NCBI GenBank assembly: GCA_963708295.1
Contig: CAVPSJ010000015.1
Span: forward strand, 32,001-96,000
Direction: 5' to 3'
DNA: 64,000 nucleotides
Origin: an uncultured delta proteobacterium
Lineage (GTDB): Bacteria > Desulfobacterota > BSN033 > UBA1163
In this document: piece after piece, positions 10,512 to 22,234 of the stretch
Position numbering within the stretch: the first letter of the stretch is position 1
How the letters are laid out: the number at the start of each line of letters is the position of its first letter
Notes under the pieces: generated by a model
What the model saw: only the letters and a program-made list of their open reading frames with translations
Databases searched by the model: none
What the model was told of the DNA's origin: nothing
Made by a program: the position numbers and the translations under genes

Positions 10512-10805
10512 ATGGACGAGAATAGCATCCTAGAGCAGCTTGAGGAGCTCCTTCAAAAGTTTGGCGTGCAAATTCGGCATGAAACCATCAAACAAGATGA
10601 GGATTCAATCCACGTCGTCGGGGGGTTGTGCCTGCTCAGAGGAGAGTATGTTCTCATCATCGACTCTCACGCTGCGACGAGGGACAAAATTTGGACTTTG
10701 GGAATAGCCGTGAAACAGTTCGACTATGATCAGATTTATATCCGGCCTGTTCTCAGGGAGTTATTGGAAAAGATGCCTGATCAAAGTCGGTTGAATGGGC
10801 GATAG
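10512..10805 (+). CDS. conserved hypothetical protein
   Basis: 'LEQLEEL...GVQIRHE...GGLC.LRGE..LIID...YIRP.LRELLE' protein-like pattern. Confidence 0.7.
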   Translation: MDENSILEQLEELLQKFGVQIRHETIKQDEDSIHVVGGLCLLRGEYVLIIDSHAATRDKIWTLGIAVKQFDYDQIYIRPVLRELLEKMPDQSRLNGR

Positions 10806-11070
10806 GCGCTGAACGAAAATCTGGCCTCCGCCGTTTCCCTCCTTCTTGGCCGCCCGCGGCCGCCCCTTTGTGCCGATCACCCTTCTGCCCGTGGGAGAGG
10901 ACTACGGAGGGGCAGGTTCCCAATTCTTGTTGACACCCCGGCCCTAATTGAATACACTTCTACTGGAACGAAACCTCCGTGATCAGATTTTCATTGGCAG
11001 GTTGGTCTGAGGACCAGGAGTGGCCCCTTCCTGAAAAGGGAGGAGGGTTCCCACATTTAGCAGAGGGGAG

Positions 11071-11292
11071 GTGAACAAAGGATCTTTCCTTTGGCCCAAG
11101 ATGATCGAAGATCAGGAGCGTTGTTTAAAGTGCGGGAAACAGGAAGGATTGCAGGGCGTGGCTGTGACGATCGGGAGGAGGACATTTCATCTCTTTTATC
11201 TCTGTGCCCAATGCGGAAATGTCGGCATGGAACGATTGCTGCAAGTCATTCGCTCATACCAGGAGAAAAAACCTGATTCTGAGGGTCCTTGA
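11071..11292 (+). CDS. small zinc-ribbon-like protein
   Basis: CLKC...CAQC pairs; RBS gaggggag. Confidence 0.5.
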   Translation: MNKGSFLWPKMIEDQERCLKCGKQEGLQGVAVTIGRRTFHLFYLCAQCGNVGMERLLQVIRSYQEKKPDSEGP

Positions 11293-11366
11293 AGGAAGCG
11301 GCTTAAGGCAAGGGAAGTTCGGGGGAAGAGAAAGAGATCAAGACGGCAGACCGGAAAGCGAGGCCC

Positions 11367-11930
11367 ATGGAGAAGGTCAAGATATTCGCGATCGTATGCA
11401 GCATCTTTTTGATTGGTTGTTTTGCCTCCACCCGGTCTAAACTTCGAGCAGACCCGGATGGGTTCAGGGATATCAAGTGGGGAACCGAGATATCCACGCT
11501 GAAAGACATGGAGAGAATGGAGCAAGATCAATCATCGAATAAGGACCTGGTCTGGTATACGAGAAAAGGAGATCTCCTGGCCATCGGTAAGGCAAGACTT
11601 GAAAACATACTCTACTCCTTTTGGATGGAAAACTTTGAGGGCGTGTGGATTGGTTTCAGGGGGGACGAAAACTTCGACACCCTTAAGAAAGAGTTGTTCG
11701 ACCGGTTCGGAAAAGTTCTTGAGTCCGAGGAACTGGTGAGAAGAATGGATGAAGAGGCAGGGAAGGGACCCTCTTCGATCAGACACGCGGAGGAATTTTA
11801 TGCCTGGTGGGGCCAAAATACAGAGATGACGTTGTCCTATTCCCGAGACCGCCATCAGGGAACCCTCAATATCAGCTCCAAGAGGGTGAGCGAAGAGAGA
11901 AGAACCTATGAAAAACGAAAGGAAAAATAG
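11367..11930 (+). CDS. hypothetical lipoprotein
   Basis: LIGC lipobox; 'PDGFRDIKWG' motif. Confidence 0.7.
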   Translation: MEKVKIFAIVCSIFLIGCFASTRSKLRADPDGFRDIKWGTEISTLKDMERMEQDQSSNKDLVWYTRKGDLLAIGKARLENILYSFWMENFEGVWIGFRGDENFDTLKKELFDRFGKVLESEELVRRMDEEAGKGPSSIRHAEEFYAWWGQNTEMTLSYSRDRHQGTLNISSKRVSEERRTYEKRKEK

Positions 11931-11972
11931 GGCGGGAAAGCGAAAAATATCGGGTTTTAAAAAGCCCCCTGC

Positions 11973-12847
11973 TCAGAAGATCTTTTTCCTTCGCCACTGC
12001 TTCGGCCGGTCGCTGGGGAAAGTAAGCCCGCTGGCATCGACCCCCAGATCGACAGACAGCTTGGCCAGTACGATGGCACAGCTGTACCCTTCCAGTACCG
12101 GAATCTCCCAGCCGATTTCGTTCAGGCGCTTCTTGGAGAAACGACTGCAGCCAGAAAACGTCCGAGCATCCGAAGGTGATCACCTCGGCGCCGTCCTCTT
12201 CGATCGCGGCGACTGCCTCCCTGACGGCCCGCTCCACGGCCTCGGAGGGTTCGCCCTTCAGCGCCTTCTCCCGTTCTTCCGCGATGGAGGTCTCGTTCTC
12301 ATGGCCGGGCCTGGCGTGGTAGTAAGTTGATGTTCCTGATGGAAGCGCAGCGGTCGGTGAAGCGGTGGCGGACCACAAGGTCGTAATAGAACATGTTATG
12401 GGTCTCGGTAAAATCGATGACGCTGAATTTGTTGCCCAGCATGGAGGCGATGTGCATCTGGGAGAAGGCGCAGGAGGTCACGGGGATGCCATACTTTCGT
12501 GCGATCTCCCTGGATTCCAGGAAACCCGGCTCTCCGCCGCCGAGCAGGACGATGGCGTTGTATTTTCCGCTCTCGCAGGCCTCACGGACAATCGGCAATC
12601 GGGCGGCCGCAACGTAGCAAAACTCTTCACGGGTCTCCACTGCCCAATCTCCGTACGGAGCGGGCGGCCCCCCGTGAAAGTCCCATTCCACATCCTCCAG
12701 CAAATGGCCGATATTGAGATAATTCATCCGCAAGCGATGTTCTTTGGACAAGCCGGGAGTATGATACTTGTCCGCAAACCTGCTGTCCGAGGGCAGCTGA
12801 AAGGGCTGGATGAACAAAAACCTGTACTTCTTCTTTTCTTCAGCCAT
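11973..12847 (-). CDS. Asp/Glu/hydantoin racemase family protein (frameshifted in this sequence)
   Basis: 'AIVLLGGGEPG..ESRE', 'EDGAEVITFGC' motifs spread across three frames, with shifts near 12320 and 12135. Confidence 0.75.
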
Positions 12848-12868
12848 GAATTTTCCTCCGGAACCACC

Positions 12869-13714
12869 TCATGGATCCGAGAGCTTCGATTCGTCGTTGG
12901 CTATCATCAGAAAACCCTTGTCCGTAAGTTCCTTGGCCTCTTTCCACAGGTTCTTCCGGCTCGGGCTTCCAAGAAGCGAGACAATAATCGTTTTCTTCTT
13001 ACGTTCCGCAGCGAAAACGAAACAGTGCTTTGCCTGGTAGGTATAGCCTGTCTTCCCTCCGATCACCTCCTCATCGGACGACAAAAGCTTGTCGGTGTTT
13101 CTAAGGACGATGACCTTCCCCCTTTCTGTCGACACTTCAGCCGCAGGAGTTGCAAGGATCTCTCTCAATTTTGGATAATTCAACGCAACCCTCATAATCC
13201 TGGATAAATCCGAAGCAGTGATATGCTGGCCGCTCCCCGGAAGGCCGGTCGCATTGATGAATTTGGTGTTCGTAGCACCCAGGGAAGCCGACTTTTGATT
13301 CATGATAGAAACGAAAGAATCTTCCGAGCCGGCGACGGCTTCTGAGAGAGCAACGGCAGCGTCATTCGCGGACTTCAGGAGCGCTGCATAAAGGAGCACC
13401 TCAATCGTCACCTTATCCCCTTTCTTAAAGCCCGATTTCAGAGAAGGCGTGCGGGAGGCTTTCGGACTGATCGTGACGGTATCCGATAGATCCGCCTTTT
13501 CGATGACGATGATGGCCGTCATCAACTTTACAGTGCTTGCGGGAAGAAGCAAGTCGTCCGAGTTCTTTCCATAGAGGATCTCTCCTGTGGATGCATCCAT
13601 GATGACGGCTGCCTCAGAGGTGATCACTGCGGCGATAGCGTTCGAATGGGGGAAAACCGAAACGAATAGACAGAAGACCAGCCAGGCCCCAAAAGGGATT
13701 GGAATTCTTTTCAT
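12869..13714 (-). CDS. D-alanyl-D-alanine carboxypeptidase (peptidase S11)
   Basis: PASTVK (SxxK), SAN and GGKTGYT motifs; signal peptide. Confidence 0.93.
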   Translation of the reverse strand: MKRIPIPFGAWLVFCLFVSVFPHSNAIAAVITSEAAVIMDASTGEILYGKNSDDLLLPASTVKLMTAIIVIEKADLSDTVTISPKASRTPSLKSGFKKGDKVTIEVLLYAALLKSANDAAVALSEAVAGSEDSFVSIMNQKSASLGATNTKFINATGLPGSGQHITASDLSRIMRVALNYPKLREILATPAAEVSTERGKVIVLRNTDKLLSSDEEVIGGKTGYTYQAKHCFVFAAERKKKTIIVSLLGSPSRKNLWKEAKELTDKGFLMIANDESKLSDP

Positions 13715-13893
13715 AGATTTGTCGATCCGGCTTGCATGAGATGATCGCCCTCCTCTCGGAGCCAAACCTAAGCGATGATTTGTCGAACCCTGTTCCCTAT
13801 GTTACCAGGGAAATTAAAAAAAATAAAGACTCGATCGTTCGTTTTGCTCTCCCACGACCTGCATCGTCCGCTTCCGCGGTGACGAAACCATTA

Positions 13894-14856
13894 TCACGGT
13901 GACTTTAAGGCCTGTATTCGTTCCAGCTCTTCTCCTAACCACTCCGGGTTCTGGGCTGTGCCATCGAAGAGAGAAGTTGTCTTAAAGGGCTCAAATTCGC
14001 CGCTCATCGCCACTTCCCGAGTCTTGGCCAGCAAAGAGGTTACCTCCCTGTGGCTCATCGGACGGAACGTGCGGACCGCTTCGAAGGCTTGATCGAGTAT
14101 TTTCATGCTGTCGATCCCCGTGATCACGACCGATGTGGGCAGACTCAGCGCATAGTGGAGGCACTCCAAAGGCGTCACCGTGTTCGATTTCAAAAGAATA
14201 CGATTGGCCATGCTCTTCATTCCGAGAACGCCAATGTTTTGCCTGACCAGTTCCGGCAACACCTCTTTCTCGAAGCTCCGGTAGTGAGCGTCCATGACGT
14301 TGAGCGGCATTTGAACCGCGTCGAACCTGAACGCGTGCTTCGCCGCGACTTCGAGCATGTAGAGATGAATCCTCGGATCCTTATGCCCCGTGAACCCAAT
14401 GTAACGGAGTTTCCCTGCCTTGCGCGCTTCCACCAGCGCCGCATTTGCCCCGTCTTCGTCGAAAATCCGGTGAGGATCTTCGTACCGCAGAACCTCGTGG
14501 TGCTGGACGAGATCAATATGGTCCACCTGGAGGCGCCGCAGCGACTCGTCAAGCTGTCTTCCTGCTTCTTTTTTCGACCGGCCGTCTATTTTTGTCATGA
14601 GGAAGACTTTGTCCCGGTAGCCGTCGCGCAGCGCTTTTCCCATGCGAATCTCGCTGGCGCCTTCGTTGTAATCCCAGCAATTGTCCAGAAAGGTAATGCC
14701 GCGGTCTATACCGGTGCGAACGATGCGGATACTGAGCGGCTCGTCGACTTTTTCGGATCCGAGATGCCAACCTCCCATTCCGATCGCGGAGACCGTTTCT
14801 CCCGTGCTGCCGAGAACTCGATAAATCATTTCAGGGCTTGACTCTTTTTTTGGCAT
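13894..14856 (-). CDS. aldo/keto reductase
   Basis: 'YRVLG.TGE.VSAIGMG', 'FLDNCWDY..G.SE', 'DESLRRLQVDHIDL' and 'GKLRYIGFTGH' motifs. Confidence 0.93.
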   Translation of the reverse strand: MPKKESSPEMIYRVLGSTGETVSAIGMGGWHLGSEKVDEPLSIRIVRTGIDRGITFLDNCWDYNEGASEIRMGKALRDGYRDKVFLMTKIDGRSKKEAGRQLDESLRRLQVDHIDLVQHHEVLRYEDPHRIFDEDGANAALVEARKAGKLRYIGFTGHKDPRIHLYMLEVAAKHAFRFDAVQMPLNVMDAHYRSFEKEVLPELVRQNIGVLGMKSMANRILLKSNTVTPLECLHYALSLPTSVVITGIDSMKILDQAFEAVRTFRPMSHREVTSLLAKTREVAMSGEFEPFKTTSLFDGTAQNPEWLGEELERIQALKSP

Positions 14857-15307
14857 GTTTCCTCCTGTGAATCTGATTCCTTCGACCGCGGTTCCTCGGT
14901 TCCGTCTATGCGCTTTGCGGAAGATTCCATTCTATTTTAAATCGGGGGGAAAAACCATAGATTGAACCTCTATTTTCCAAAAAAAAGCAGTATTTTTCAC
15001 CGGGGAATATGAAATCCTGAAGCGGGAGGACAACGGCAAGCCATTCGACCCAATCGTTCGGCGAGCCGTTTTATAGTCACCCAAAGGGGTACTTGGTTGA
15101 AGGGAGTTTTTCCCAGAGAAAAAGACTTTGATATCAGCCAAATCTACAGGTGTCGCATGGGTCAGGCTTTCAAGGAGAGAGTTTGGGCTTAGTGTGTAAA
15201 GGGTTTGTTCAGCCATACATTTCCTTGACATTCAACTCCCTTATTCATATACTTAACTCACCCCAAAGCATGCACTTATTCATTCATATTCATTGAAAGG
15301 CGGAGTG

Positions 15308-15984
15308 ATGACGCACTGGATGTGCACATCGTGTGGCTATTATCTCCAGAGTGACATGCTGCCTGAACGGTGTCCCAGTTGCAGACAAGAGGGTCCTTTT
15401 AACGATGTCACCTGCTATCATCCCGATTGCGGGGGAGAGCACAACATCGATCCTATGCTTGTTGGCAGCACGCTGAAAAACCTCAAGGGTGTTCCAAGAC
15501 CCGAAGCCAAATCGAAACCTCTCCCTCTTTCCACGGAGATTATCCTCAGCGTCGAAATTCTGAAAGGCCTCAACGATCAGGAAAAAGCAGTATCTCAAAC
15601 GCCTGGGACGTGCGGAACATTACGAGTCGAACGCTGGTCATCTTCAACGAAGGGGCAGAGGCGCGAACGTTTTATCTGATCGAGGAAGGGCAGGTGGCGG
15701 TTGAATCCCGATTGAGCAAGGGGATGCTCTTTCCCATCAGCATCGTTTCCGGGGGGCAGGCATTTGGGTGGTCAGCCCTGGTGCCCCCTCATCTGTACAC
15801 GGCAACAATCGTGACCCTTTCGGGAACGCAGGTTATCGCCATCGATCGGGAGGTCATGCTGCATGCGATGCAAACGGATACCTCCTTTGGACTCAAGATC
15901 ATGCAGAATGTGGCAAGCATGATTTCTTCAAGACTCCGCAGCCTGGAACTGGCCCTGGCGGGGTTTCTTCAGAATGGCGGTTAA
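15308..15984 (+). CDS. rubredoxin-like zinc-finger fused to a cyclic-nucleotide-binding domain (frameshifted)
   Basis: WMCTSCGY...PERCPSC...DVTCY.PDCGG, then 'IFNEG.EA..FYLIEEGQV...GQAFGWSAL..PH.YTAT' cNMP fold; frame change at ~15590-15640. Confidence 0.7.
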
Positions 15985-16802
15985 GAGATGAAACCTCTTT
16001 CCCGGGCGGCGATGTCCATGGATACAGTCACGAGGCATTCCACGGGCAAGCACAAATCCATTTTCCGCTCCCGGACGTCAACCGTTTTCAGATACCGATT
16101 GCAAACCTCGCACACATACAACCGGTAGGTACGTTCCTCGCTGGAATAGTAGGTTTGAGAGTCCGTCGATTTGCAGAAGGGACATCCGATCCGGCCATAA
16201 ATCCACTCTCCGTAACATCGCGGGCACAGCAGAGTTCGTGGACCTGAATCCGAGGTCAGGGCAGCGAAAGCGGGCCTGCCACCGCAGATGGGGCAGTATT
16301 CTCGATACCAAAGGTTCAATGGAATACGGGGCAGGATCAGATCACATGCCAACTGTAGATAGGGAGCCAAAACAAATCCGCTGGCTACCCGAGCCCAATC
16401 TCCCGTGGCTCCGGAAATAACCAACGGGCCTCTGCTGAGAAAGATCTCCCGCGCCCATTCGATAATCTTCTCCGGAGACGGGTCTGTTTCGAGCCCATCA
16501 CTTTCACCGGCATATGGGATGAGGAGTTGGACGACGCTTTTATAAAGATCCATGAAAGGGGTGGCTTCCATGTTCAATTCTTTGAAGGTCATTTGCGGGA
16601 GGCCGTCGGTCAGACCCGTGAGATTCACTTCTTCTTTTGCCAAATCCCCAGCCTTCCCGGATACTCCCAACTGGGATTTAAACGCAAATTGGGCCCGGAA
16701 AAGGCTTCCATAAAAGTCTAGCAGTTCCTTAAGATCCTGGTGAATCACATGAGCCTTCCCCAAGTCGGACAAGATCGTTTGATCCCGCTGGCTGAACGAC
16801 AT
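15981..16802 (-). CDS. fdhE: formate dehydrogenase accessory protein FdhE
   Basis: CPICG, CPRC..EW...R..CPFC and CEVC..YLK motifs; lies next to the fdn locus. Confidence 0.9.
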   Translation of the reverse strand: MSFSQRDQTILSDLGKAHVIHQDLKELLDFYGSLFRAQFAFKSQLGVSGKAGDLAKEEVNLTGLTDGLPQMTFKELNMEATPFMDLYKSVVQLLIPYAGESDGLETDPSPEKIIEWAREIFLSRGPLVISGATGDWARVASGFVLAPYLQLACDLILPRIPLNLWYREYCPICGGRPAFAALTSDSGPRTLLCPRCYGEWIYGRIGCPFCKSTDSQTYYSSEERTYRLYVCEVCNRYLKTVDVRERKMDLCLPVECLVTVSMDIAARERGFIS

Positions 16803-17348
16803 ACCTCATCCCTCCGGATCGAAATGAAGAAAATCTTCGTGAAAAAATCTGTCAGAAATCACTATAGCCGAATATCTTGTTTTTTAAAAGGTTAAAACGG
16901 CCGCATTCTTCCCTTCTTCAAATGAACTTGTAGCCCCTGGAGTCAAAGGCTTGCCGACCCTGAATCAGGGTGCCGTCCTCGCTCACATGTTCCTATCCAC
17001 AGGCTTATGGCATTGGGACCAGAGCGCCTTCAGGAATGCCGATGTAGGCTGCGGGCGTTTCCTCTGGCCTCGCGTCACGAGGAAAATGGAAGGTCCGAAT
17101 GCTCGGTAGGGACCCGAGTTCCAGATTGTGATCGTGATTGTACATTTGACATGTTTATCCTCTTTTGATATAGTTAGGCCCGTAAAGTTTCTCTTTCAAC
17201 GGTTGCCGCAAAGGCAGGAGGAAAACACCCATTCAACCTGATCCGAAATCCCCCGTCTTCCCTTAGCTAAGAGCGCACTGTCCCACCCGAAATGGGTCAG
17301 GCACAGCGCTTGTCGATACAAGAAAATTACACTCAGGGAAGGAAATCC

Positions 17349-18499
17349 ATGCGTGTTCTTGTCGTGGACGATGAGCTGGGGATCCGGGAGGGGTGCAGGC
17401 GGGCCCTCGCCCCCCAAGGATTTGAAGTGGAGGTGGCCGAGAACGGGCCTTCCGGTCTGCACAAACTCCGGGAAGCGGCTTTTGACATCCTCCTGGTGGA
17501 CGCCATGATGCCGGGGATGAGCGGACTGGAAATGCTGCATCATGTCCGACAATTGTATCCTGAGCTCATTTGCATCATCATCACCGGATATGCAACCGTT
17601 GAACTGGCGGTGCAGGCCATGCGCGAGGGGGCCCATGACTTTATCGCCAAACCCTTCCCCCCGGCGCTCCTCCTGCAAGTCATGAACCGGGAGTTGGACC
17701 GCCACAGACTGAAGCGCGAGGCGCAGCGGGTCAGAGACCTCGAGGAAGAACTCAGCGGGTTGACGCGAGTGAAGGCGGAAATGGAAAAGCTGGCGGCGAT
17801 TGAGAGCCGCTTTATGCTGACCATGGTTCATGTCTTGCGGGCCCCGGTGGCGGTCATGCAGAATTCCGTCCAGCTTATCCAGAAGGGATATGTTCCGGCG
17901 GAGGAACTTCCCCAAGTTCTGTCAAGGTTGGATCTGCGGGCCGGAGAGCTCCTCGCCATTCTGGACGACCTTCTCCTTCTGTCGCGGCTCAAGGAGGGGC
18001 TGGGAGCCCAGCCGGCGGAGCCCGTTTCCGTGGCCGAGGTCTTGGAGACTGTGCGTCGTCCTTTCAAAAGGAGGCGGCCGAACGCCAATTGACAATCTCG
18101 ACGGAGGTTTCCGATCGCCCCTTCGTTCTGGGAAATCCGGATCACCTCCGGTTGCTTTGGAGCCAATTGCTGAGCAATGCCATCCGTTACACCCCCAACG
18201 GGGGACGAATCACCCTTTCCCTCAAGACAAACTCCCAGGAAAGGCAGATCCAGGGAACGGTTTCCGATACCGGGATTGGGATTGCCCCGGAGGAGATCCC
18301 GCGGATTTTTGAAGTAGTTCTACCGCACGGAGGCGGCGAAATCCATGAAGGAAACCGGCACAGGGATGGGGCTGCCGATCGTTCAGCTGCTTCTTGCCCT
18401 CTACGGGGGCACGATCGAAATCGATTCAACCCCAGGGAAAGGGAGCTCCTTTCGCTTCACCCTTCCCGAGTTCACCCGCGAAGCCGGAGTAGCCCTTGA
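17349..18499 (+). CDS. hybrid receiver-histidine kinase (frameshifted)
   Basis: REC (VLVVDDE, DAMMPGMSG, AHDFIAKPF), HisKA (MVHVLRAP), HATPase (LLSNAIRY, DTGIGI, GTGMGL). Confidence 0.85.
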
Positions 18500-20507
18500 T
18501 CAAGTGGATGACCTCATTGTTAGGAGGGCGGCTTCGCAAAGTATTGATCGGGTCTTTTTGCCTCGTGGCCGGGCTCACGGTGGGGTTGAACGCCTTAGTG
18601 ACATCCCGGGTGATCCAGGAATACCTCACCAGCGCCGAGTCAAATTTGGTTGCCCGGGACATGAATCTGGCCAAAGCCTTTTATCAGCTCAAGCTGGAGG
18701 AAGTGTCGGCCATCAGCCACCGCCTGGCCTTAGATCCGTGGGTGATCCAGAATTTAAACGGCGGCTTCGCAGAAGAATGCCGGACGCCATCCGGATCATC
18801 GATCAGCAGATTATAAACAAGATCACGCTCCTCGCCTTGGGGGGAACGCATTTAATCGCGATTCTGAATGCCCAGGGGGACCTGGTTGTCGGCCGGGTTC
18901 TCAACAAGGAAGGGGTCCTTTTGCCCATCATTTCAAAAGGGAAATGGGGCCAGCTGCCGATTGTAAAAGAGGTTCTGGAAAGAGGCATACCGCAAGCCGC
19001 CACCGAAGTGATCCCGGTGGAGTATTTGTCCCAGGTGGGTTTGGATCGGCAGGCTTTTGTTCCCCTGATTGAAACCCCTCTTGCCGCCCCGCAGCCGTTT
19101 GACCCCCGAGAGGGCACCGCGGGTTGGCTTTGACCGGGGTTTATCCCCTGCAAAATCCGGATCAAAAGATCCTGGGGGTGGCCCTGTCGGTCTACCTTTT
19201 CAACAATGATTTCACTCTCGTGGATCGAATCAAAGAGGTTGCGGGCATCGATACCGTAACGATATTTTTCGGAGATCTGCGGGTCGCCACCAATGTCATG
19301 ACCGAACAGGGGAAGACGGGCCGTAGGCACACGGATATCGGAGGCAGTTCACAACGTGGTGCTGTCCGAGGGGAAAGATTATGTGGGCCGTGCCTATGTG
19401 GTGAATGAATGGTTTATCACCCGGTACGCCCCCTTGCGGGACAGCCGCGAAACCGTGGTGGGAAGCTTGTATGTGGGCGCCCGGGAATCCGCTTTTCTGC
19501 AGCTCGTCCATAATTTCAACAAACGGATGGTGGTGATTGCCTTAGTTTGTATTTCGCTGGCCGGGGTGATCGCCTTGCCGATCGCCCGGTTTATTTTCCG
19601 ACCGATCGATGACCTGGTGCAGGCGAATCGAGCGCCTTGCCCGAGGGGGATATGGCGGTGCGGGTCCATGCCCCGGGCAAAGGAGAGCTGGACGTTCTGG
19701 GCCGATCCTTCAATCATATGGCCGAGACCCTGCGTCGGACCCAGGAAGAACTGCTCAACAAGGAAAAGCTGGCTTCCATGGGACAGCTTGCCGCCGGCGT
19801 CGCCCATGAAATCAACAACCCCCTGGGAAGCATCCTGCTGTTTGCGGATACCTTGTATCAAGAAGCCGGTGAAAACGACACCGGCGGGAAGATCTGAAGA
19901 TGATCGTCCAGGAGACCCTCCGATGCAAAAAGATCGTCTCCGATCTTCTGAGTTTTGCCCGGCAGCAGGACGTGCTGGCCCAGGAGATGTGATGTGCACG
20001 AGATCCTGGAGCAGGCGATCAGCAGCGTGAGCAATCAGGAGAGTTTCGGGCAGGTCCAGATCGTCCGGAATTTCGCCTCTGATCTACCCCTCATCCAGGC
20101 CGATCCATCCCAGACTCATCCAGGTGTTTGTGAATCTGCTCAACAATTCGGCGGAGGCGATGCCCCAGGGCGGCACCATCACCCTTGAAACCCGGAGGAC
20201 GAATCACCAGCCGGGGGTGGAAATCGTAGTCACCGACACGGGGTGCGGCATACCGGAGGAAAACCTGGGGAAATTGTTTACCCCCTTTTTTACGACGAAA
20301 CCCGTGGGTAAAGGAACGGGTCTGGGGCTTTCCATTGTTTACGGGATCATCAAGATGCATCGCGGCCAGATCGCAGTGAAGAGTCGAGGCGGGCAGGGGC
20401 AACTGCTTTACGGTGACCCTCCCGGTGACGCTCGCCGGGACAGGAACAGATCACCGCCAAAGCCGAGCCCTCAACCATCGGATGGGAGTAGGTTCCATTT
20501 CCCATGA
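18496..20507 (+). CDS. Cache-HAMP sensor histidine kinase, NtrB-type (multiple frameshifts)
   Basis: TM, Cache ('[13 protein letters not shown]', '[16 protein letters not shown]'), HAMP, '[15 protein letters not shown]', '[18 protein letters not shown]'. Confidence 0.85.
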
Positions 20508-21792
20508 AAACCAAGGGCACGATTCTCATTGTCAGCCCCAATCCAGATCTGCAGGCTGCCTGCAGGCAGGCTCTTGACACCGGGAGATTTTTCCGTTCAA
20601 GTCGCCGACTCGCTTCAGGATTGGGATTGGGATGGCAAGGAAGGAGAATATCGATGTTGTTCTCCTGGACGGGGAGATCTTTCAAAATCAGGCGGGAAGT
20701 TCTTCTTCTGCAGGAGCTGTGGGAGAAGGATGCTGACCTGACGTGTATTTTGATCAGCGAAACGGGAATCGCTGAATCGAGCCCTTCAGCCATTTCAGGC
20801 CGACGTCTGCGACATCGTTTCCGTTCCGGTGGTTCCTGAATATCTCCTTCCGGATGCCACCGAAGCCATGGAACAGCGAGCCGATTCCTTTGAACTAAAA
20901 AGGGTTCAGTTGGAGAATCTGAAAAAGACAGTGGAATGGGTCCTGGAGAAGCGAAACAATTCTCTGGAACTGAAAAGACTCCAGTCCTTTGAACAGAACG
21001 TCGCCCCGCTTTGGTCGGTCGCGAAGGGCGAAATGGAGACTTCAGATCTCTTTGAAAAGGACTTCCTGGCGCCGGCCGCTTTTCGCCTCACCATGGCCCA
21101 TGAATTTCGGGCTCCGCTCACGGCCCTGCAGAGTTTTCTGCTCATCCTGCTCAAAGGATATGTGGCCCCGGAAAAATGGAAGGAAATGATCCAGCATGCC
21201 TTTGATCGGTCGCAGGACCTGTCTGAATCTCGTCGATGACCTGATGAATTTGGCCACCGCCACGCAGGAAATGTCCTAGGGAATCGCTCCCTCGTCCGGC
21301 TGGGGGACGAATTGGAGAAAATTGGCTCCCTTCCCTTAAAACCGAAGCCGAACGAGCAAGGGTTACTCCTGACTTGGACCGTCCAACAAAACCCGGTCGT
21401 GTGGTGGACTCTGCTTCACCTGAAGCAGTTGTGGACGAATCTTATTTCCAATGCCATCAAATACACCCCAGCCGGCGGATCTGTGCGGGTATTTCTGGAG
21501 CAGGAGGAAGGGTGGGCCATCGGAGCGGTCGAGGATTCCGGGAATCGGAATCAGCCCCCAGGAGCTGCCTTTGATTTTCCATGAATTCTACCGGACCGCG
21601 GAGGCCAGGAAAATGGGGGTTCGAGGAACGGGTCTGGGGTTGCCTCTCGTCAAGAGAATTGTCGAAGGGTATGGCGGCAGCCTGGAGGTCAAATCGACCG
21701 TCGGGAAAGGAAGCCTTTTTCGCTTCCGCCTGCCGATAGCCGACGTTCCCTCGATTGAGGATCCGAACACGGGGGCAGGGGACCCTCCTTAA
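20504..21792 (+). CDS. histidine kinase with degenerate N-terminal receiver-like region (multiple frameshifts)
   Basis: 'MAHEFRAPL', 'NLISNAIKYTP.GG' and 'GTGLGLPLVKRIVE' in successive frames. Confidence 0.75.
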
Positions 21793-21832
21793 TTTCCGGC
21801 AATGAGCGCCTTGCTGGGGAAAGAAAGACGCC

Positions 21833-22208
21833 TTACCCGAGCGCTTTTTTTACCTGCTCCAGCAATTTGTCCGGGTCAATGGGTTTGTGGAGCCAGGCCG
21901 AGTCAGGAACATATTCATCCGACGGCAGATTCCGCTGCACCCGCTCCCCGGTCAGGGACGTGGACATGATGACCGGAATGTTTTTGAGGTTCGGGTCGGC
22001 CGCCATCTGCCGCCGCGTATCCAGCCCCTCCAGGATATAGGACATCATCACATCCAGAATCACCAGATCCGGTTTTTCCCGCCGCATGACTTCGAGACCT
22101 TCTTCTCCGTTGGCCGCCGTGATCACGTCGTAATGATTGGACTGCAGGATCATGCGGGGGAATCTTTATAAAATCGCGATCATCGTCTACCACCAGAATT
22201 TTCGCCAT
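21833..22208 (-). CDS. stand-alone response regulator receiver (frameshift near 22155)
   Basis: MAKILVVDDD...PDLVILDVMM...KPI; no output domain. Confidence 0.85.
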
Positions 22209-22234
22209 GAACTGGATCCCTTTCCCGTAGATCA

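Noticed and set aside
18345-19133. Apparent kinase-tail/Cache fusion ORF
   Set aside because: It is best explained by indels joining the frames of two adjacent kinase genes.
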